Of a DNA stretch of 64,000 nt, positions 1 through 11,444 are shown piece by piece. The first letter of the stretch is position 1. Every line of letters begins with the position of its first letter. The position numbers and the translations under genes were made by a program. The notes under the pieces were generated by a model, which had not been told where the DNA came from, made no database searches, and saw only the letters and a program-made list of their open reading frames with translations. The DNA is from Escherichia phage E26. The stretch lies in sequence record MN655998.1. One strand, given 5' to 3'.

Positions 1-169
1 TTTTAGTGAAAGTCGCATAGGCTATTCCCTTAGAATCTGCAAATGCTTTAGCTGTCATGCCTTTGGCTTTTGCCTTCGCAAATTCTACACCCAATTCGAC
101 CCACTGTTTAGACTTTCGTTTTTGGGGAGACGGCTTTTCGTCTTCTGTGATTATTTCAAATACGCTCAT
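1..169 (-). CDS. 5' part of a gene running off the window start; gp2-like (DNA end protector) by position only
   Basis: ATG at complement(167..169), frame open 56 codons to position 1 (MSVFEIITEDEKPSPQKRKSKQW...); lies immediately downstream of gp4 as in T4. Confidence 0.4.
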   Translation of the reverse strand, partial: MSVFEIITEDEKPSPQKRKSKQWVELGVEFAKAKAKGMTAKAFADSKGIAYATFTK

Positions 170-180
170 AATATTATCCT

Positions 181-654
181 CTATTTGTTAAGCCCTTTAA
201 AGCCAAATACTTTCTTTAATGCGTGTTCAGTTATGATCTTAAACTCCATGTTATACTTTTGGCATAATTTCACGGCAGCCAACCATTTTTCGGTATTTTT
301 TGTGTACGTCCATACTTCATGCATATACCGTTGCTTTGTCTTCGCGGTCATTCTTTTTGGCTTTTCCGGTGGCCTTGTCTCTTTAGCTGGTTTAACTTCC
401 CATAAATGCTCCTTGCCATCATCAAACTTAACGTAAAAATCCATAAAGTATCTGTGTCTTTTTCCGTCTGTTGATGACTCATAAGGAATTACTACGGTCT
501 CAGATCCCCATTTTGCAACTCTAGGATTGCGGTCTAGCCACTGCATGATCCATCTTTCCCAGCTTGAACGGTATGTGATTTTCCGTATATCCCCTTTATA
601 TTTTTCCTTATTCTCAGGAACATACTTGCCCTTATAAGTGTTAGATCCTCCCAT
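181..654 (-). CDS. 4: head completion protein gp4-like
   Basis: 157-aa ORF with ATG and GAGGA RBS, divergent from gene 53 as in T4; size fits T4 gp4. Confidence 0.65.
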   Translation of the reverse strand: MGGSNTYKGKYVPENKEKYKGDIRKITYRSSWERWIMQWLDRNPRVAKWGSETVVIPYESSTDGKRHRYFMDFYVKFDDGKEHLWEVKPAKETRPPEKPKRMTAKTKQRYMHEVWTYTKNTEKWLAAVKLCQKYNMEFKIITEHALKKVFGFKGLNK

Positions 655-669
655 TTTAGCACCCTTTAT

Positions 670-677
670 TATAAATA
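670..677 (+). promoter_or_regulatory. T4-type late promoter box (TATAAATA) for gene 53
   Basis: exact TATAAATA 32 nt upstream of the gp53 ATG. Confidence 0.55.
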
Positions 678-709
678 CATAATACTATTTATCAATTGAG
701 GGTGATAAA

Positions 710-1264
710 ATGCTCTTTTCTTTCTTCCCTGCCATAGAATACAACGGCAAGATGATTACTGACATTGTGCGCAATTACCGCGCATATTTCAACGCAATAA
801 TTTCTGATTATAACATACAAACATATTACATTCAAGGTAGTCCACGACCGGAACAAGTTGCATATGAAGTATACGGAAACCAGCAACTTTATTGGATCTT
901 GCTGATGCTTAATGACGTATACGATCCGTTTCATGACTGGATCACCGATCAAGAGACAGCATATGAATCAGCCGAACAACGATATGCAAATGTAGGAGGA
1001 AATCAAGTATTATACCACGTTGATATTGACGGAAACAAGTATTGGAATCTTACCGAATATCCGAAAGGATCAAGCAACTGGTATGATAAAGGGGATATTC
1101 ATCATCGTCATTTGCAGTTTCAAGGTGCATTATCGGCAGTAGACACACTGGAAGATGCGATCCTCCGTAATGAGGAACGACGCAAGATCAAGATCATAGA
1201 TCCTACACAAATTAAACAATTTATTAACGCATTCATTCGAGAAATGGAAAAGGCTGATGTGTAA
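710..1264 (+). CDS. 53: baseplate wedge protein gp53
   Basis: 184 aa; N-terminus MLFSFF and GSPRPE..LYW..DW motifs resemble T4 gp53; precedes gp5. Confidence 0.85.
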   Translation: MLFSFFPAIEYNGKMITDIVRNYRAYFNAIISDYNIQTYYIQGSPRPEQVAYEVYGNQQLYWILLMLNDVYDPFHDWITDQETAYESAEQRYANVGGNQVLYHVDIDGNKYWNLTEYPKGSSNWYDKGDIHHRHLQFQGALSAVDTLEDAILRNEERRKIKIIDPTQIKQFINAFIREMEKADV

Positions 1265-1275
1265 GGTGATTAATT

Positions 1276-3075
1276 ATGCTAATGTTTAATAACTCCGTTA
1301 AATGGTTTACCGGAATTGTAGAAAACAGGGAAGACCCATTAATGCTGGGGCGTGTTCAGGTTAGGATTCATGGTATACATCCTTCGCTATCCGCACACGG
1401 TGACATTCAAGGTCTTCCAACCGAAGATCTATTATGGATTACGCCAGTACAAGATATTACAAGCGCGGCGATCTCCGGTATAGGTCAAAGCCCTACTGGT
1501 ATTGTTGAAGGTTCAATGGTATTTGGTTTGGCTTTAGATGAACGTTATTTAAACTGCGTTATTCTGGGTACTATTGCCGGACAATATACAGAGAAACCAC
1601 TCACTACAGAAGGTTTTTGCGACCCTTCCGGTGCATATCCGCGTTATATCGGTAATGATGTTAATATTCTTGCCCGTGGCGGTATTAACCCAGAAACCGG
1701 ACAAACAACAAAACCTGATAGTGTCTATATTCGAGATGAAAACACTGGAGTTGCAGTAAATCCAGACGACGAGCCATTAGATCAAATTCCGGTTGATGAT
1801 AATCCTGATTTTACAATAGAAAAAATGCTTCGTGGCGATGAGGGATATCGTGAGAAATGGTATCTTGATTCAGAAGGATATCCGACAATAGGCATCGGGC
1901 ATTTGATCATTTATAAGAAAACCAGTGATCTGGGTATTATCAATAATGAACTTTCTAAGCTGGTAGGGCGTGAAGTTACAAACGGAAGACTTACCGCCGA
2001 AGAAGTTAGTAAAGTATTTGCCGACGATATAGAAAAGACTCGTCGTGATATGCGCAAACATCCACGAATTGCACCTGTCTATAATAAATGTAATGCCTCA
2101 CGTCGTATGGCATTAGAAAATATGGCGTTTCAAATGGGTGTTGGTGGATTGGGTAAATTTAAGAATAGTCTTGCTGCGATGTTAGCGGAAGAATGGAAAC
2201 AAGCCTATGATGGATTACGTCAATCGGTATGGGCTAACCAAACTCCAGGACGTTCAAGCCGTGTTTCTAAAATTATTTTAACTGGTAACTTAGAATCATA
2301 TGGCGTAATTGCTCCTAAGAAAGAGGAAACTGTTTCAGATGATCCGAGAGCACGTTTGAGAAATGCCCGTATTGCTGCCTATAAGACGCAGAGAGCAGAA
2401 GAAGACCCAGAAGCACCGTTTACCCCACAAGACACACGAATCATGTTTAAAGAGCCTAAGAGTTCGTATTCTGCGAGGTATCCTTATAACCATGTGTACG
2501 AGTCAGAGAGCGGTCATATTATCGAGATTGATGATACTCCTTCTCATGAGCGATATCATCGCAAACATCCTTCTGGTACATTTGAAGAAACCAGACCGGA
2601 CGGAACGAGGGTAGAAAAGATTGAAGGTGATGATTATCTGATCGTTAAACAAGGCCGGAAAGTAAACGTTAAGGGTAATTTGCAAGTTGTTGTTGAAGGT
2701 GACGCGCAAGTTTATTATATGGGTAATGTGATGCAAACCGTTGATGGTAACGTCACTGAATTTATTCGTGGCAATGTTAATCAGACCGTTGAAGGTACTG
2801 CTAACATGCATGTTGTTGGTGATGTTATCGCACAGCTTGACGCTAATTTGACGGCTAACGTCAAGGGTAATGCTGAATTAATGATCGAGGGTAACACTAC
2901 AGAGACAATTAAAGGTAACTATGATTTAACCGTTGAGGGTAATTTTAATATGACCGTCAATGGCACTAAATCAGATCAGGTTAATGGTGACTGGTCCCGT
3001 AATTGTGGTGCAAGCGTTAAAGATATTGCATCTGGTACAGTTAAAATTGATGGTAGCCGTATTGATCTTGGGTGA
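1276..3075 (+). CDS. 5: baseplate central spike / tail lysozyme gp5
   Basis: 599 aa; internal lysozyme signature (EGYREKWYLDSEGYPTIGIGHL) and C-terminal V-x-G-N beta-helix repeats. Confidence 0.9.
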   Translation: MLMFNNSVKWFTGIVENREDPLMLGRVQVRIHGIHPSLSAHGDIQGLPTEDLLWITPVQDITSAAISGIGQSPTGIVEGSMVFGLALDERYLNCVILGTIAGQYTEKPLTTEGFCDPSGAYPRYIGNDVNILARGGINPETGQTTKPDSVYIRDENTGVAVNPDDEPLDQIPVDDNPDFTIEKMLRGDEGYREKWYLDSEGYPTIGIGHLIIYKKTSDLGIINNELSKLVGREVTNGRLTAEEVSKVFADDIEKTRRDMRKHPRIAPVYNKCNASRRMALENMAFQMGVGGLGKFKNSLAAMLAEEWKQAYDGLRQSVWANQTPGRSSRVSKIILTGNLESYGVIAPKKEETVSDDPRARLRNARIAAYKTQRAEEDPEAPFTPQDTRIMFKEPKSSYSARYPYNHVYESESGHIIEIDDTPSHERYHRKHPSGTFEETRPDGTRVEKIEGDDYLIVKQGRKVNVKGNLQVVVEGDAQVYYMGNVMQTVDGNVTEFIRGNVNQTVEGTANMHVVGDVIAQLDANLTANVKGNAELMIEGNTTETIKGNYDLTVEGNFNMTVNGTKSDQVNGDWSRNCGASVKDIASGTVKIDGSRIDLG

Positions 3076-3083
3076 GGTAACTA

Positions 3084-3650
3084 ATGGTTGAAATTCTTCC
3101 GATGAGTTCAAAATTGGAGGATATCAGCGAGCGAGAAATCTTTGAGGTGGTGTTCTCTTATAAAGCAACGCCACCGGATGCAAATACCACATACACGATT
3201 AAAGAGTTTAAGATCAGCGAGTATCGCCCTAATAAGGGCGTTACCGTTGAAGAAACTAAAATATCTGGTGAGTATAGGGATAGTTTTTCGCTTGGCGCGG
3301 ATTCTCTTAAATATATAACGAAAGATCGAATTAAAAAATCTGCCGGAAGTTTTGATGATTTACCAGATCCAACTACCGCAGATCTATATTATTTTAACGC
3401 TCCTACACGTCTACAGGAGGTTTATACTTATAAAGTAACCCTAACCTATATCCAATCTGTTTCAGAGTCTTCTGGTGGTTCTGGTGAAGGAAATAGTGGT
3501 GGTTCCAATAGCCGAGAGGGTTCTGGTGAAACTAATCCTCCTCCGGTAGTAACCGAGCACACAATAGAGAAAGTTTATACTCAAACCGTTTTTGGAAATT
3601 GGGATGTGTGGGCGCAGCAACTAAGAGATTATGTACATAGGGGTGTTTAA
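3084..3650 (+). CDS. hypothetical protein in the T4 gene 5.1 position
   Basis: 188-aa ORF with RBS, between gp5 and the PAAR gene; Gly/Ser-rich linker [20 protein letters not shown]. Confidence 0.5.
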   Translation: MVEILPMSSKLEDISEREIFEVVFSYKATPPDANTTYTIKEFKISEYRPNKGVTVEETKISGEYRDSFSLGADSLKYITKDRIKKSAGSFDDLPDPTTADLYYFNAPTRLQEVYTYKVTLTYIQSVSESSGGSGEGNSGGSNSREGSGETNPPPVVTEHTIEKVYTQTVFGNWDVWAQQLRDYVHRGV

Positions 3651-3943
3651 TGGCTGGATTATCCTACGATAAAGCTAAAACTACAGGGCACGGAAACTAC
3701 CCACCTACGGTAATTAATGCAACTCAATCTAAGGTATTTGTTGAGGGTATCCCTGTATTAGTCGAAGGAGACCCAATTACACCACACACAAAAACAACAA
3801 AGCCTTATGATACACACGGGGGAACTACGGTCGCCAGTACCCCGAAAGTATTTGTTACCGGAAAGAAAGCAATTCAAATGGCAGATCGTATTAGCTGTGG
3901 CGATACCGTCGCTATGGCATCACCGAAGGTATTCATAAAATGA
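3650..3943 (+). CDS. 5.4: PAAR-repeat spike tip protein (gp5.4-like)
   Basis: 97 aa, same length and position as T4 gp5.4; start overlaps upstream stop. Confidence 0.6.
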   Translation: MAGLSYDKAKTTGHGNYPPTVINATQSKVFVEGIPVLVEGDPITPHTKTTKPYDTHGGTTVASTPKVFVTGKKAIQMADRISCGDTVAMASPKVFIK

Positions 3944-5844
3944 CAAAGCAAAAGATTACACAAATTCCTGATATTTTTAATGCTGCTACATTCGATGAAA
4001 TTAAAAGCGCATTAACAGACTGGATGAGAAACCAGGAAGAATTTAAAGATTTTGATTTTAATGGTGCTGGTATTAACGTATTGATGGACTTGCTCGCATA
4101 TAACACTCTGTATATTCAGCAATTCGCTAACGCCGCGCTATATGAATCTTTTATCAGAACGGCAATTAAGCGTAGTTCAGTTGTTCAAGCCGCGCAAGAT
4201 TTAGGATATTTGCCAGCAAGTAAAACTAGTGCATCGACTACAATTATGTTGCACGTAACACATCCGCGAAATCCGGCAAGTATTCGAATCCCACGAGGAA
4301 CTAAATTTATTGCAAGTGTGGATCGCCAGACGTCTTATCCGTTTGTGACTACCGAAGACGTTGTGAGCGTTTTAGGTTCAAATGGTTTATATACGCCTAT
4401 GCTTAAAGTCGCACAAGGTCGTATTGTTCGTACAGAAATGTTATTTGATCCGAAGAAACAAATTCTGATCCGCGATCCTGATATTGACCGCGCTCAGGTT
4501 AAATTGTGGGTAGACGGTGCTGAATGGAAAGACTGGACGCGAGAAAGCATTGTTAATGCAACTGGCGCTAGTAATATTTTCTATATGCGTGAAACCGTAG
4601 ACGGTCATACAGAAATCTTCTTTGGTGAGGGTGAATCAACTTTATCTGCTGCTGGCGGTGCACTGGAAGCAAATTATATTGGTGGACTTAAGCCGTCAAC
4701 TGGCGCTAATATTGTTATCGAATATATCAGCACTAAAGGCGCGGAAGCAAACGGTTCAGTTAATTTCACATACGCGGATACCCTTGCATCTATCTCTATT
4801 GTTAAAATTATTGAGAATCCGACAAATGATCGTGATTATGTCGGTGCGGATGGTGGTGGTGATCCTGAATCAATCGAACGTATCCGTGAACTTGCTCCGG
4901 TAATGCGTGAATCTCAGCGTCGTTGTGTAACTGCTTCCGACTATGAGGCTTTTGTGTCTAGCCGTTTTGGTAGTATTGTTCAGGCGGTACAATGTTTCAC
5001 CGACCGAGAAAAACCGGGTTATGCTTTTGTTGCTGTTAAGCCTAAATCTGGCTTGCGCTTGACAACCGTTCAAAAAGAAGATATGCGGGATTATCTGGCA
5101 AAATATAACCTTGCCCCTATCACGCCGAGCATCATTGACCCTAACTATCTGTATATTAAACAGAATATTAAAGTTTCCTATTCAATCAACGACTTGTCAG
5201 AATCAGAGCAGTGGTTGCGCGGTGCGGTTATTGATCAGATTGATGCATATTATACCGACGAAGTGGAAATTTTTAACCAGACCTTTAGTAAGTCTAAAAT
5301 GCTTGCGCGTATTGACAAAGCTGATGTATCTGTGATAGGTTCTAGTGCAGAAATCGAGATGGTGCGAGAGATCGACAACTTCTATAAAGCACCGATGGCT
5401 GGAATCAAGTTTTTAAACCAGTATAAGAGCGGAATCAAGTCTAGTTCATTCAACTTCGAAAAGGACGACAAGCAATATCCGATCCATTATGTAAGTACAG
5501 AAATGAACAAAGAATCCGGTTTAGCTAAATTGCTGGTTGGACCTTTCCCTGTTGATTCTACAATCGCTTTACCGCACTATTCCGGCACTGATTTTGATAA
5601 AGAGGTTATCGACGGTGCGGACCTATACTTTGAGGTTGGAGAGGTTAAGCATTATGACGACCTTATTTCATGGGATCTGGGTAAACTGAATATCAATAGC
5701 GATCGCTTTACTGGTTCATATATTGAGTTGACAGCTAAACCGATTGCTGATAACATCTTTACTAAAGACGGTTCTTTGATCGTGTTTGAAAACGATCTCC
5801 GTCCTCAGTACACAACTATTAGTCTGGAGGCAATTGCTCAATGA
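3940..5844 (+). CDS. 6: baseplate wedge protein gp6
   Basis: 634 aa; strongly T4 gp6-like ([33 protein letters not shown]). Confidence 0.9.
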   Translation: MTKQKITQIPDIFNAATFDEIKSALTDWMRNQEEFKDFDFNGAGINVLMDLLAYNTLYIQQFANAALYESFIRTAIKRSSVVQAAQDLGYLPASKTSASTTIMLHVTHPRNPASIRIPRGTKFIASVDRQTSYPFVTTEDVVSVLGSNGLYTPMLKVAQGRIVRTEMLFDPKKQILIRDPDIDRAQVKLWVDGAEWKDWTRESIVNATGASNIFYMRETVDGHTEIFFGEGESTLSAAGGALEANYIGGLKPSTGANIVIEYISTKGAEANGSVNFTYADTLASISIVKIIENPTNDRDYVGADGGGDPESIERIRELAPVMRESQRRCVTASDYEAFVSSRFGSIVQAVQCFTDREKPGYAFVAVKPKSGLRLTTVQKEDMRDYLAKYNLAPITPSIIDPNYLYIKQNIKVSYSINDLSESEQWLRGAVIDQIDAYYTDEVEIFNQTFSKSKMLARIDKADVSVIGSSAEIEMVREIDNFYKAPMAGIKFLNQYKSGIKSSSFNFEKDDKQYPIHYVSTEMNKESGLAKLLVGPFPVDSTIALPHYSGTDFDKEVIDGADLYFEVGEVKHYDDLISWDLGKLNINSDRFTGSYIELTAKPIADNIFTKDGSLIVFENDLRPQYTTISLEAIAQ

Positions 5845-8800
5845 TTAAAGCGCCTAGTGTAACTAGCTTGACAATAGAAAAATTGTCTGCTAATCAGGCG
5901 TATATCACATGGGATGACGTAGGCGAAAACTTCTTTTATTTTGTGGAGTTAGCCGAAACCAGAACACGAGACGGGGAGATCATCCCCGTCGATGAGTTAA
6001 GCTGGGTAAACCTGGGATATACTGCCGAACAAAACTGGTTTGAGGATAAAAACCTTTTTCCAGAATATTATTACAAGTTTCGTGTAGCAGTAGCCGCAGA
6101 AGGATTTGAACAAAGTAAATGGGTTGAAACAGAAGAGTTTCAGACATTTAAAACAAACGCATATAATTTTTCTATGATGCGAGAGTTCAACCTTGCAAAT
6201 GAGTTTATAAAGGAAAAATTTACATACGATAATCGAGAGTATGTCAAGTTTAATACTGACCTGATTCAAGCATCATTGATGAAGGAAGATTTTGTCTTTA
6301 GTCCTGAATATGCAAACATGACAAATATCTCAAACTACATTGTAGTTGATGAGAACTTTCATGAAATACAGGATCACATAGAAAAAGTTTGTATTGATAT
6401 AAACCGCACTATGTTAGCGGAAATGAACGGTGTTTTGTACCTTTTCGAACGGTTCCAGCCGATCGTGAAAGTGTCAAATGATAAAGGTCAATCATGGAAA
6501 GCATACAAGGCTTTTAATGACCGTGTAGGCAATCCGGTTTCCCGTACATGCGTTTATCAGTCTAAAACAACTACTTACGTTTTAGGTTATGACCGAATCT
6601 TTTACGGACGACAAGCGAGCGATACTCGATGGAGCGCGGACGATGTTCGATTTAGTGATGATACGATCACTTTTGCAAAGGTTGGTGACGAGAACGATTT
6701 AGGGTTTGATGTTGAGGTATTTGGCGTATTTTCCCGATTAACAGGCGACACCACAAAATACGCCGAAGCGATGGCGTGTAGTGACGATTATTTGTGGGTT
6801 GGTGCTAAGGATGTTATTCGCAGGATTCGCCTTAAGAATACTCCGGTCGATACCGTACAGGGTTCGCCTACGTTTGGAGAAAAAATATTCGATCCTGATG
6901 TTATCAGAGTAACAGGAAATGATAAAGCTGTCATTCAGAAAATGGATGTGATCGACGGTAAATTGCTTGTATTTGTTACGGGTGAAGTTAAACAGCGTTA
7001 TCAAGATCCAACTAAACCAGAAAACGTTGTTCCGTCAGATGATGCGGGTGTATACTTAATAGGGAGTGATGGTCTGTCTTTTCAGAGAGTATTTGGCAAC
7101 ACTCCGCAGGAAAGGGAATATATTCAGCATGGGTTCAGTAATATGTCAACCAATGGTGATGAGGTGTTCATAAGCCATTATAATCATCACTTCGAAAGCA
7201 TTTTACCTGATCCAGAAACTGCCGCGAAATATGAATTAGGCGAAGCTGTGAAATATTCTCAGGAGCCAACTTATCTAACTGATAAGAAAATACATCAAAC
7301 TACTTTCAGAGCAAGTTATGATGATTTGCGTATTTGGGAGTTAGGACCGCAAGCGTATTATAATGAGGCTGATTATACATGGATGCGTCGAAACGGTGTC
7401 CGTGTGTGGATCACAAATGATAATCGCCCGTTGGTTGTTTATCCAGAGGTTATCTATACTCAAGAAGTTGATACGTCCGGCATTCTTGATCAAAATAGGG
7501 TCAACCGAGAAGTTTATGATAAAGGGACCGTGACCTGTTATCTTAACAATGTTAAATTTGAAGGATTCAAACAATATGCATCCGGTGTAATGTTCCATAA
7601 AAACACGGGAGAGATCATAGGATTCTATCAATTTAACTATCGCGTTCGTGATCAGGTTGGTGTATATTGGAAACCTACAAATGTAGCATTTGTTGCTGAA
7701 TTGCAAAATCAGGTTCGAGAGGTTCCCTGGGTTCCGGTTCACTACGATCGAGAGCAAGATCCAGATTTGCGACCTTTACTGAATAAGATGACACCTGATA
7801 GCTTTTTACTTGAGAACGAAAATTTCAGAAAATTCTCTGAATATTATCTGCAATTCTTAAGTGATGGTTCAGGAACATATTATAATAAACTAAAAAATCT
7901 GATTAAAAACAAATATCCACGCGAGCAAGATGCATATGAGTATCTTTGGTCAGAGATGAACAAACGAAACATCTATGCAGATAAAAACAAGCGAGATGCG
8001 GTAGTAAGATTCTTTGAATCCCGCAAATCAGATTTTTATTCCACTAAGGGCGTGGAGGCTTCTTATAAGTTCTTGTTTAAGTTACTTTATAATGAAGATG
8101 TGGAAATTGAGGTTGAATCACAAGCCGGACTAGAGTATGATATTGTTGTTAGTTCAACGAACATTGACGAGGATATCGTAGGTCGCACGATTTATACTCC
8201 AACCGGACGGGCTAACGTGACTTATCTTGAAAGGGAATATGAAGGTGGTCGCCTACGCTGGCGAGTAACCATTCATAACCTGATCGGGCGGTTCGAAGAA
8301 GGTCAAGTGATCAAATCAGAGAAAACAGCGTTTGAAGGGATGATCCTTGTTGGTGTACGTGGTAAAGAGTTGTTGAGTAGTTCAATCGACTATATCAACC
8401 GCTCACGAAGCCAATACACCATGAAGATTAAAAGTGCATTGCCAGTTTCTCGCTATGCAAATGATGTAATGCGATTCGTTCATCCTGTCGGCTTTGGGTT
8501 TATCGGTGTTACCCTGCTTACGATGTTCATTAACAGCGGGTTAAGCATGAAACACACAGAGACGATAATTCAATCTCTAAAAAATTATAAGTTTGACAGC
8601 GGATTGCCTAGCGTGTATCCTGATCGGGTGGCAGACCTTGACGTTGACGGAAACATTAAGAAAGACCCGCTTACCGGAAAAGCATTATATTTGACTTCAC
8701 CTTTAATTGGTGAAGAATTTCCGGTTCCCCCTGAATATGATCAGGAGAACAGCGAATTGTTCCACGGACTTAAAGCAAGCGAACGAAGATTTGCAATGAG

Positions 8801-8927
8801 TCCACTGTTTGACCAGTCGGCGGTAACATTCTCTATGTTCCGTGAACTTGTAGATAAACGGTTGAAGGATAATATAGGGAATCCACGCGATCCGAAGAAT
8901 CCGACACAGAGGAAAATTAATGGCTAA
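5841..8927 (+). CDS. 7: baseplate wedge protein gp7
   Basis: 1028 aa, size and position as T4 gp7 (1032 aa); start overlaps gp6 stop. Confidence 0.85.
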   Translation: MIKAPSVTSLTIEKLSANQAYITWDDVGENFFYFVELAETRTRDGEIIPVDELSWVNLGYTAEQNWFEDKNLFPEYYYKFRVAVAAEGFEQSKWVETEEFQTFKTNAYNFSMMREFNLANEFIKEKFTYDNREYVKFNTDLIQASLMKEDFVFSPEYANMTNISNYIVVDENFHEIQDHIEKVCIDINRTMLAEMNGVLYLFERFQPIVKVSNDKGQSWKAYKAFNDRVGNPVSRTCVYQSKTTTYVLGYDRIFYGRQASDTRWSADDVRFSDDTITFAKVGDENDLGFDVEVFGVFSRLTGDTTKYAEAMACSDDYLWVGAKDVIRRIRLKNTPVDTVQGSPTFGEKIFDPDVIRVTGNDKAVIQKMDVIDGKLLVFVTGEVKQRYQDPTKPENVVPSDDAGVYLIGSDGLSFQRVFGNTPQEREYIQHGFSNMSTNGDEVFISHYNHHFESILPDPETAAKYELGEAVKYSQEPTYLTDKKIHQTTFRASYDDLRIWELGPQAYYNEADYTWMRRNGVRVWITNDNRPLVVYPEVIYTQEVDTSGILDQNRVNREVYDKGTVTCYLNNVKFEGFKQYASGVMFHKNTGEIIGFYQFNYRVRDQVGVYWKPTNVAFVAELQNQVREVPWVPVHYDREQDPDLRPLLNKMTPDSFLLENENFRKFSEYYLQFLSDGSGTYYNKLKNLIKNKYPREQDAYEYLWSEMNKRNIYADKNKRDAVVRFFESRKSDFYSTKGVEASYKFLFKLLYNEDVEIEVESQAGLEYDIVVSSTNIDEDIVGRTIYTPTGRANVTYLEREYEGGRLRWRVTIHNLIGRFEEGQVIKSEKTAFEGMILVGVRGKELLSSSIDYINRSRSQYTMKIKSALPVSRYANDVMRFVHPVGFGFIGVTLLTMFINSGLSMKHTETIIQSLKNYKFDSGLPSVYPDRVADLDVDGNIKKDPLTGKALYLTSPLIGEEFPVPPEYDQENSELFHGLKASERRFAMSPLFDQSAVTFSMFRELVDKRLKDNIGNPRDPKNPTQRKING

Positions 8928-9915
8928 TGAAAATAGTGTGATCTATCGCTCAATCATTACTAGTAAATTCAGAACGGAAAAACTTCTGAATTTCTATAAT
9001 TCTGTAGGCGATGAGGCAAATCAAATTACAATTTATGGAACGTTTGGACGTTCGGAGCCGTGGTCAGAAAACGAAAAAGAGGTGGGCTTTGCCCCACCTT
9101 ATCCGACCGATTCAACGGCTGGTGTTGTTGACATGTGGACCCATATGATGGGGGCGGTTAAGATTAACAAATCACTTCTTGATGCGGTTATCCCTCGTAA
9201 AGATTGGGGTGATACCGGACAGGATAACCCGCGCACATTCTTTATCAATGACATTGTTGTTGTCAACTCAGCACCATATAACCGAACTGATGTTGGTAGC
9301 GGCTGGATGGTGTATCGCGTAACCGATGTTCCTGATCGCGGTTACTGCTCGATTTCAAGCATTGATGCTAAAGTAGAGTGTTTGAAGTTGGGCGGAAAGT
9401 GGACCCCCACTCATGAATCAATTGCGCCACCTGTAGGAAAGGGCGATTCTATTGATATGGGTGATGGGTATCGTTGGGAATATCTGTACACAATTCCACC
9501 TGATGCGGCGATCAACCGTTGCACCAATGAACATATTGTTGTACCGTTCCCCGATGAACTGCGACAAGATCCGGCGCGTTGGGGCTATGACAATGTGATC
9601 ACCTGGTATAATGACTATAATCTGCTTTATCGGCTGAAAGTAGTAACTTTGCGTTTTCAGGCTTATATGGACTCTGCGCAATTCCCAACTACCGCGTTAG
9701 TGGGTAATACTGGTTTCCGTCAGTTAAGCATTATCCTTAACCCATTGGAAAAGAAAGCACGCCCTAGCGATCCAGACGTTAAAGCGGTTAACGATAAGTA
9801 CCGACCGCAAGACTTAGAGCCACACTCAGGAGAAATGATCTACATGGAAAACCGACAACCTATCGTTCGGTCATTAGATCAAACAGAACTTGTTTCTGTA
9901 TTGTTTGAGTTCTAA
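8920..9915 (+). CDS. 8: baseplate wedge protein gp8
   Basis: 331 aa; T4 gp8-like throughout (FGRSEPWS, GEMIYMENR). Confidence 0.88.
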   Translation: MANENSVIYRSIITSKFRTEKLLNFYNSVGDEANQITIYGTFGRSEPWSENEKEVGFAPPYPTDSTAGVVDMWTHMMGAVKINKSLLDAVIPRKDWGDTGQDNPRTFFINDIVVVNSAPYNRTDVGSGWMVYRVTDVPDRGYCSISSIDAKVECLKLGGKWTPTHESIAPPVGKGDSIDMGDGYRWEYLYTIPPDAAINRCTNEHIVVPFPDELRQDPARWGYDNVITWYNDYNLLYRLKVVTLRFQAYMDSAQFPTTALVGNTGFRQLSIILNPLEKKARPSDPDVKAVNDKYRPQDLEPHSGEMIYMENRQPIVRSLDQTELVSVLFEF

Positions 9916-9930
9916 GTGTATGATTTAAAA

Positions 9931-9957
9931 AGCCAATTCGAGAGAGTTGGCTTTTTC
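9931..9957 (+). terminator. rho-independent terminator after gene 8
   Basis: AGCCAA / TTGGCT stem with 10-nt loop followed by TTTTT. Confidence 0.6.
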
Positions 9958-9968
9958 TATTTTGGGTG

Positions 9969-9997
9969 TTGACAGTCTTGTCTGGTAAAGGTATAAT
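9969..9997 (+). promoter_or_regulatory. sigma70-type (early) promoter for the inserted methyltransferase cassette
   Basis: TTGACA, 17-bp spacer, TATAAT; about 30 nt upstream of the 10027 ATG. Confidence 0.65.
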
Positions 9998-10026
9998 GCT
10001 CACATCTAAACAACGGAGGATAAATT

Positions 10027-10284
10027 ATGGCACGTCGTAAATTTACAGATAATTGTGAAGCAATTCAGGTATCCCCTTGCGGTTGGGATGTGATCGCGAA
10101 CGGTGAAAAGATCGGCGAGATCATCGATCATACTCATTCATCACTAGCCGATTACACCGATGAACTATGGGAGGGTATCAACTTCATGAATGACACTAAA
10201 CGATTCAAGACTATCGACGAAGCTATCTATTTTGTGTATAATCCAACTTTCGGTATGTGGGGAACTAGAAAATGGCACGCGTAA
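10027..10284 (+). CDS. hypothetical protein (cassette gene 1)
   Basis: 85-aa ORF with GGAGGA RBS; no recognisable motif. Confidence 0.5.
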   Translation: MARRKFTDNCEAIQVSPCGWDVIANGEKIGEIIDHTHSSLADYTDELWEGINFMNDTKRFKTIDEAIYFVYNPTFGMWGTRKWHA

Positions 10285-10601
10285 ATATTAAATTGCATTA
10301 CACAATGGGTAAACCAAAACATCCAATGCATAAAGTGTTTTGGGGCTTGCATCTTCAAGAAAAATGGCATGATAACTATTGGTTTTGTGACCATGATAAG
10401 AAGTGGCATTCTCAAGATGAAGTTAATGCGATGATGGAACAGGGTATAAAATTTAATTACTCTAATTATGACCATAGCATTACTTGTATTCGAAAATTGA
10501 AACGGTTTATTCGAAAGAATCCGCAATTTAAAAACTTTGTGTTCTTTATGTCTCATGTTTATTTGGGGCATAGCGTTACAGTAACAGCAAAGGTTAAATA
10601 A
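10272..10601 (+). CDS. hypothetical His/Trp-rich protein (cassette gene 2)
   Basis: 109-aa ORF overlapping neighbours at both ends (coupled). Confidence 0.45.
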   Translation: MARVNIKLHYTMGKPKHPMHKVFWGLHLQEKWHDNYWFCDHDKKWHSQDEVNAMMEQGIKFNYSNYDHSITCIRKLKRFIRKNPQFKNFVFFMSHVYLGHSVTVTAKVK

Positions 10602-11440
10602 TGGCACGACTTTCTAAACAAGAACAAAAATTACACGATCGGGTGATGGAGTTGATTAATTCAGATCGCCCATTGACATATGAAGAAAAAGAATTTTGCT
10701 ATAATAACTATCATGGCGATGGGCTAGGTGGTTCCGGTGCATTCTTTACCCCAGAAGGGCTTGCATGGGATTTTACCATCGATGCACATTGCACAGGAAA
10801 AGTATTAGATCTTTGTGCTGGGATCGGTCGCTTATCTTTTTGTATGTTACATCGTTGTAAGTCAGAAAAGATCGTATGCGTCGAACTCAATCCAGAATTT
10901 GCGCGGATTGGCAAGCGACTATTACCGGAAGCAGAATGGATCACCAGCGATGTATTCGAATTTGAGTCAAACGAAAAATTCGATGTTGTAATTAGCAATC
11001 CACCTTTCGGGAAAATCAATACAACCGACACAAAGGATGTATTTGAGTACACTGGCGGCGAATTTGAATTTAAGGTTATGACGCTAGGGCAAAAGTTTGC
11101 CGATGTTGGCTATTTTATTGTTCCTGTGGGTTCCGCTGGTTTTGCTTATTCCGGCAGACCTTATTATGACGGGACCATGAAGTCTAATAAATATCTAAAA
11201 TGGAGCAAACAAACTGGTTTGGTGACTTATGCCGGATGTGGGATCGATACATCAATCTATCGCGATGAATGGCACAGTACCAACGTTTTAACAGAAGTGG
11301 TTGAGGTTCGGTATTACGAGAAAGAAGCCGTAGAAGCGCCTAAATCGCGTCCTAACAAACAAATAGAAGAAAGTAAGGAGATTACCTTACCGAAACAGGA
11401 AAGCGAGTCTGGGACGCTCTCAGATTTGTTTGGCATTTAA
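10601..11440 (+). CDS. putative DNA N6-adenine methyltransferase
   Basis: 279 aa; AdoMet motif I VLDLCAGIGRL followed by catalytic NPPF; unlike T4 Dam in sequence. Confidence 0.7.
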   Translation: MARLSKQEQKLHDRVMELINSDRPLTYEEKEFCYNNYHGDGLGGSGAFFTPEGLAWDFTIDAHCTGKVLDLCAGIGRLSFCMLHRCKSEKIVCVELNPEFARIGKRLLPEAEWITSDVFEFESNEKFDVVISNPPFGKINTTDTKDVFEYTGGEFEFKVMTLGQKFADVGYFIVPVGSAGFAYSGRPYYDGTMKSNKYLKWSKQTGLVTYAGCGIDTSIYRDEWHSTNVLTEVVEVRYYEKEAVEAPKSRPNKQIEESKEITLPKQESESGTLSDLFGI

Positions 11441-11444
11441 TTAT

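Noticed and set aside
122-436. 104-aa ORF on the + strand
   Set aside because: Overlaps the gp4 gene on the opposite strand; low-complexity hydrophobic translation; no RBS.
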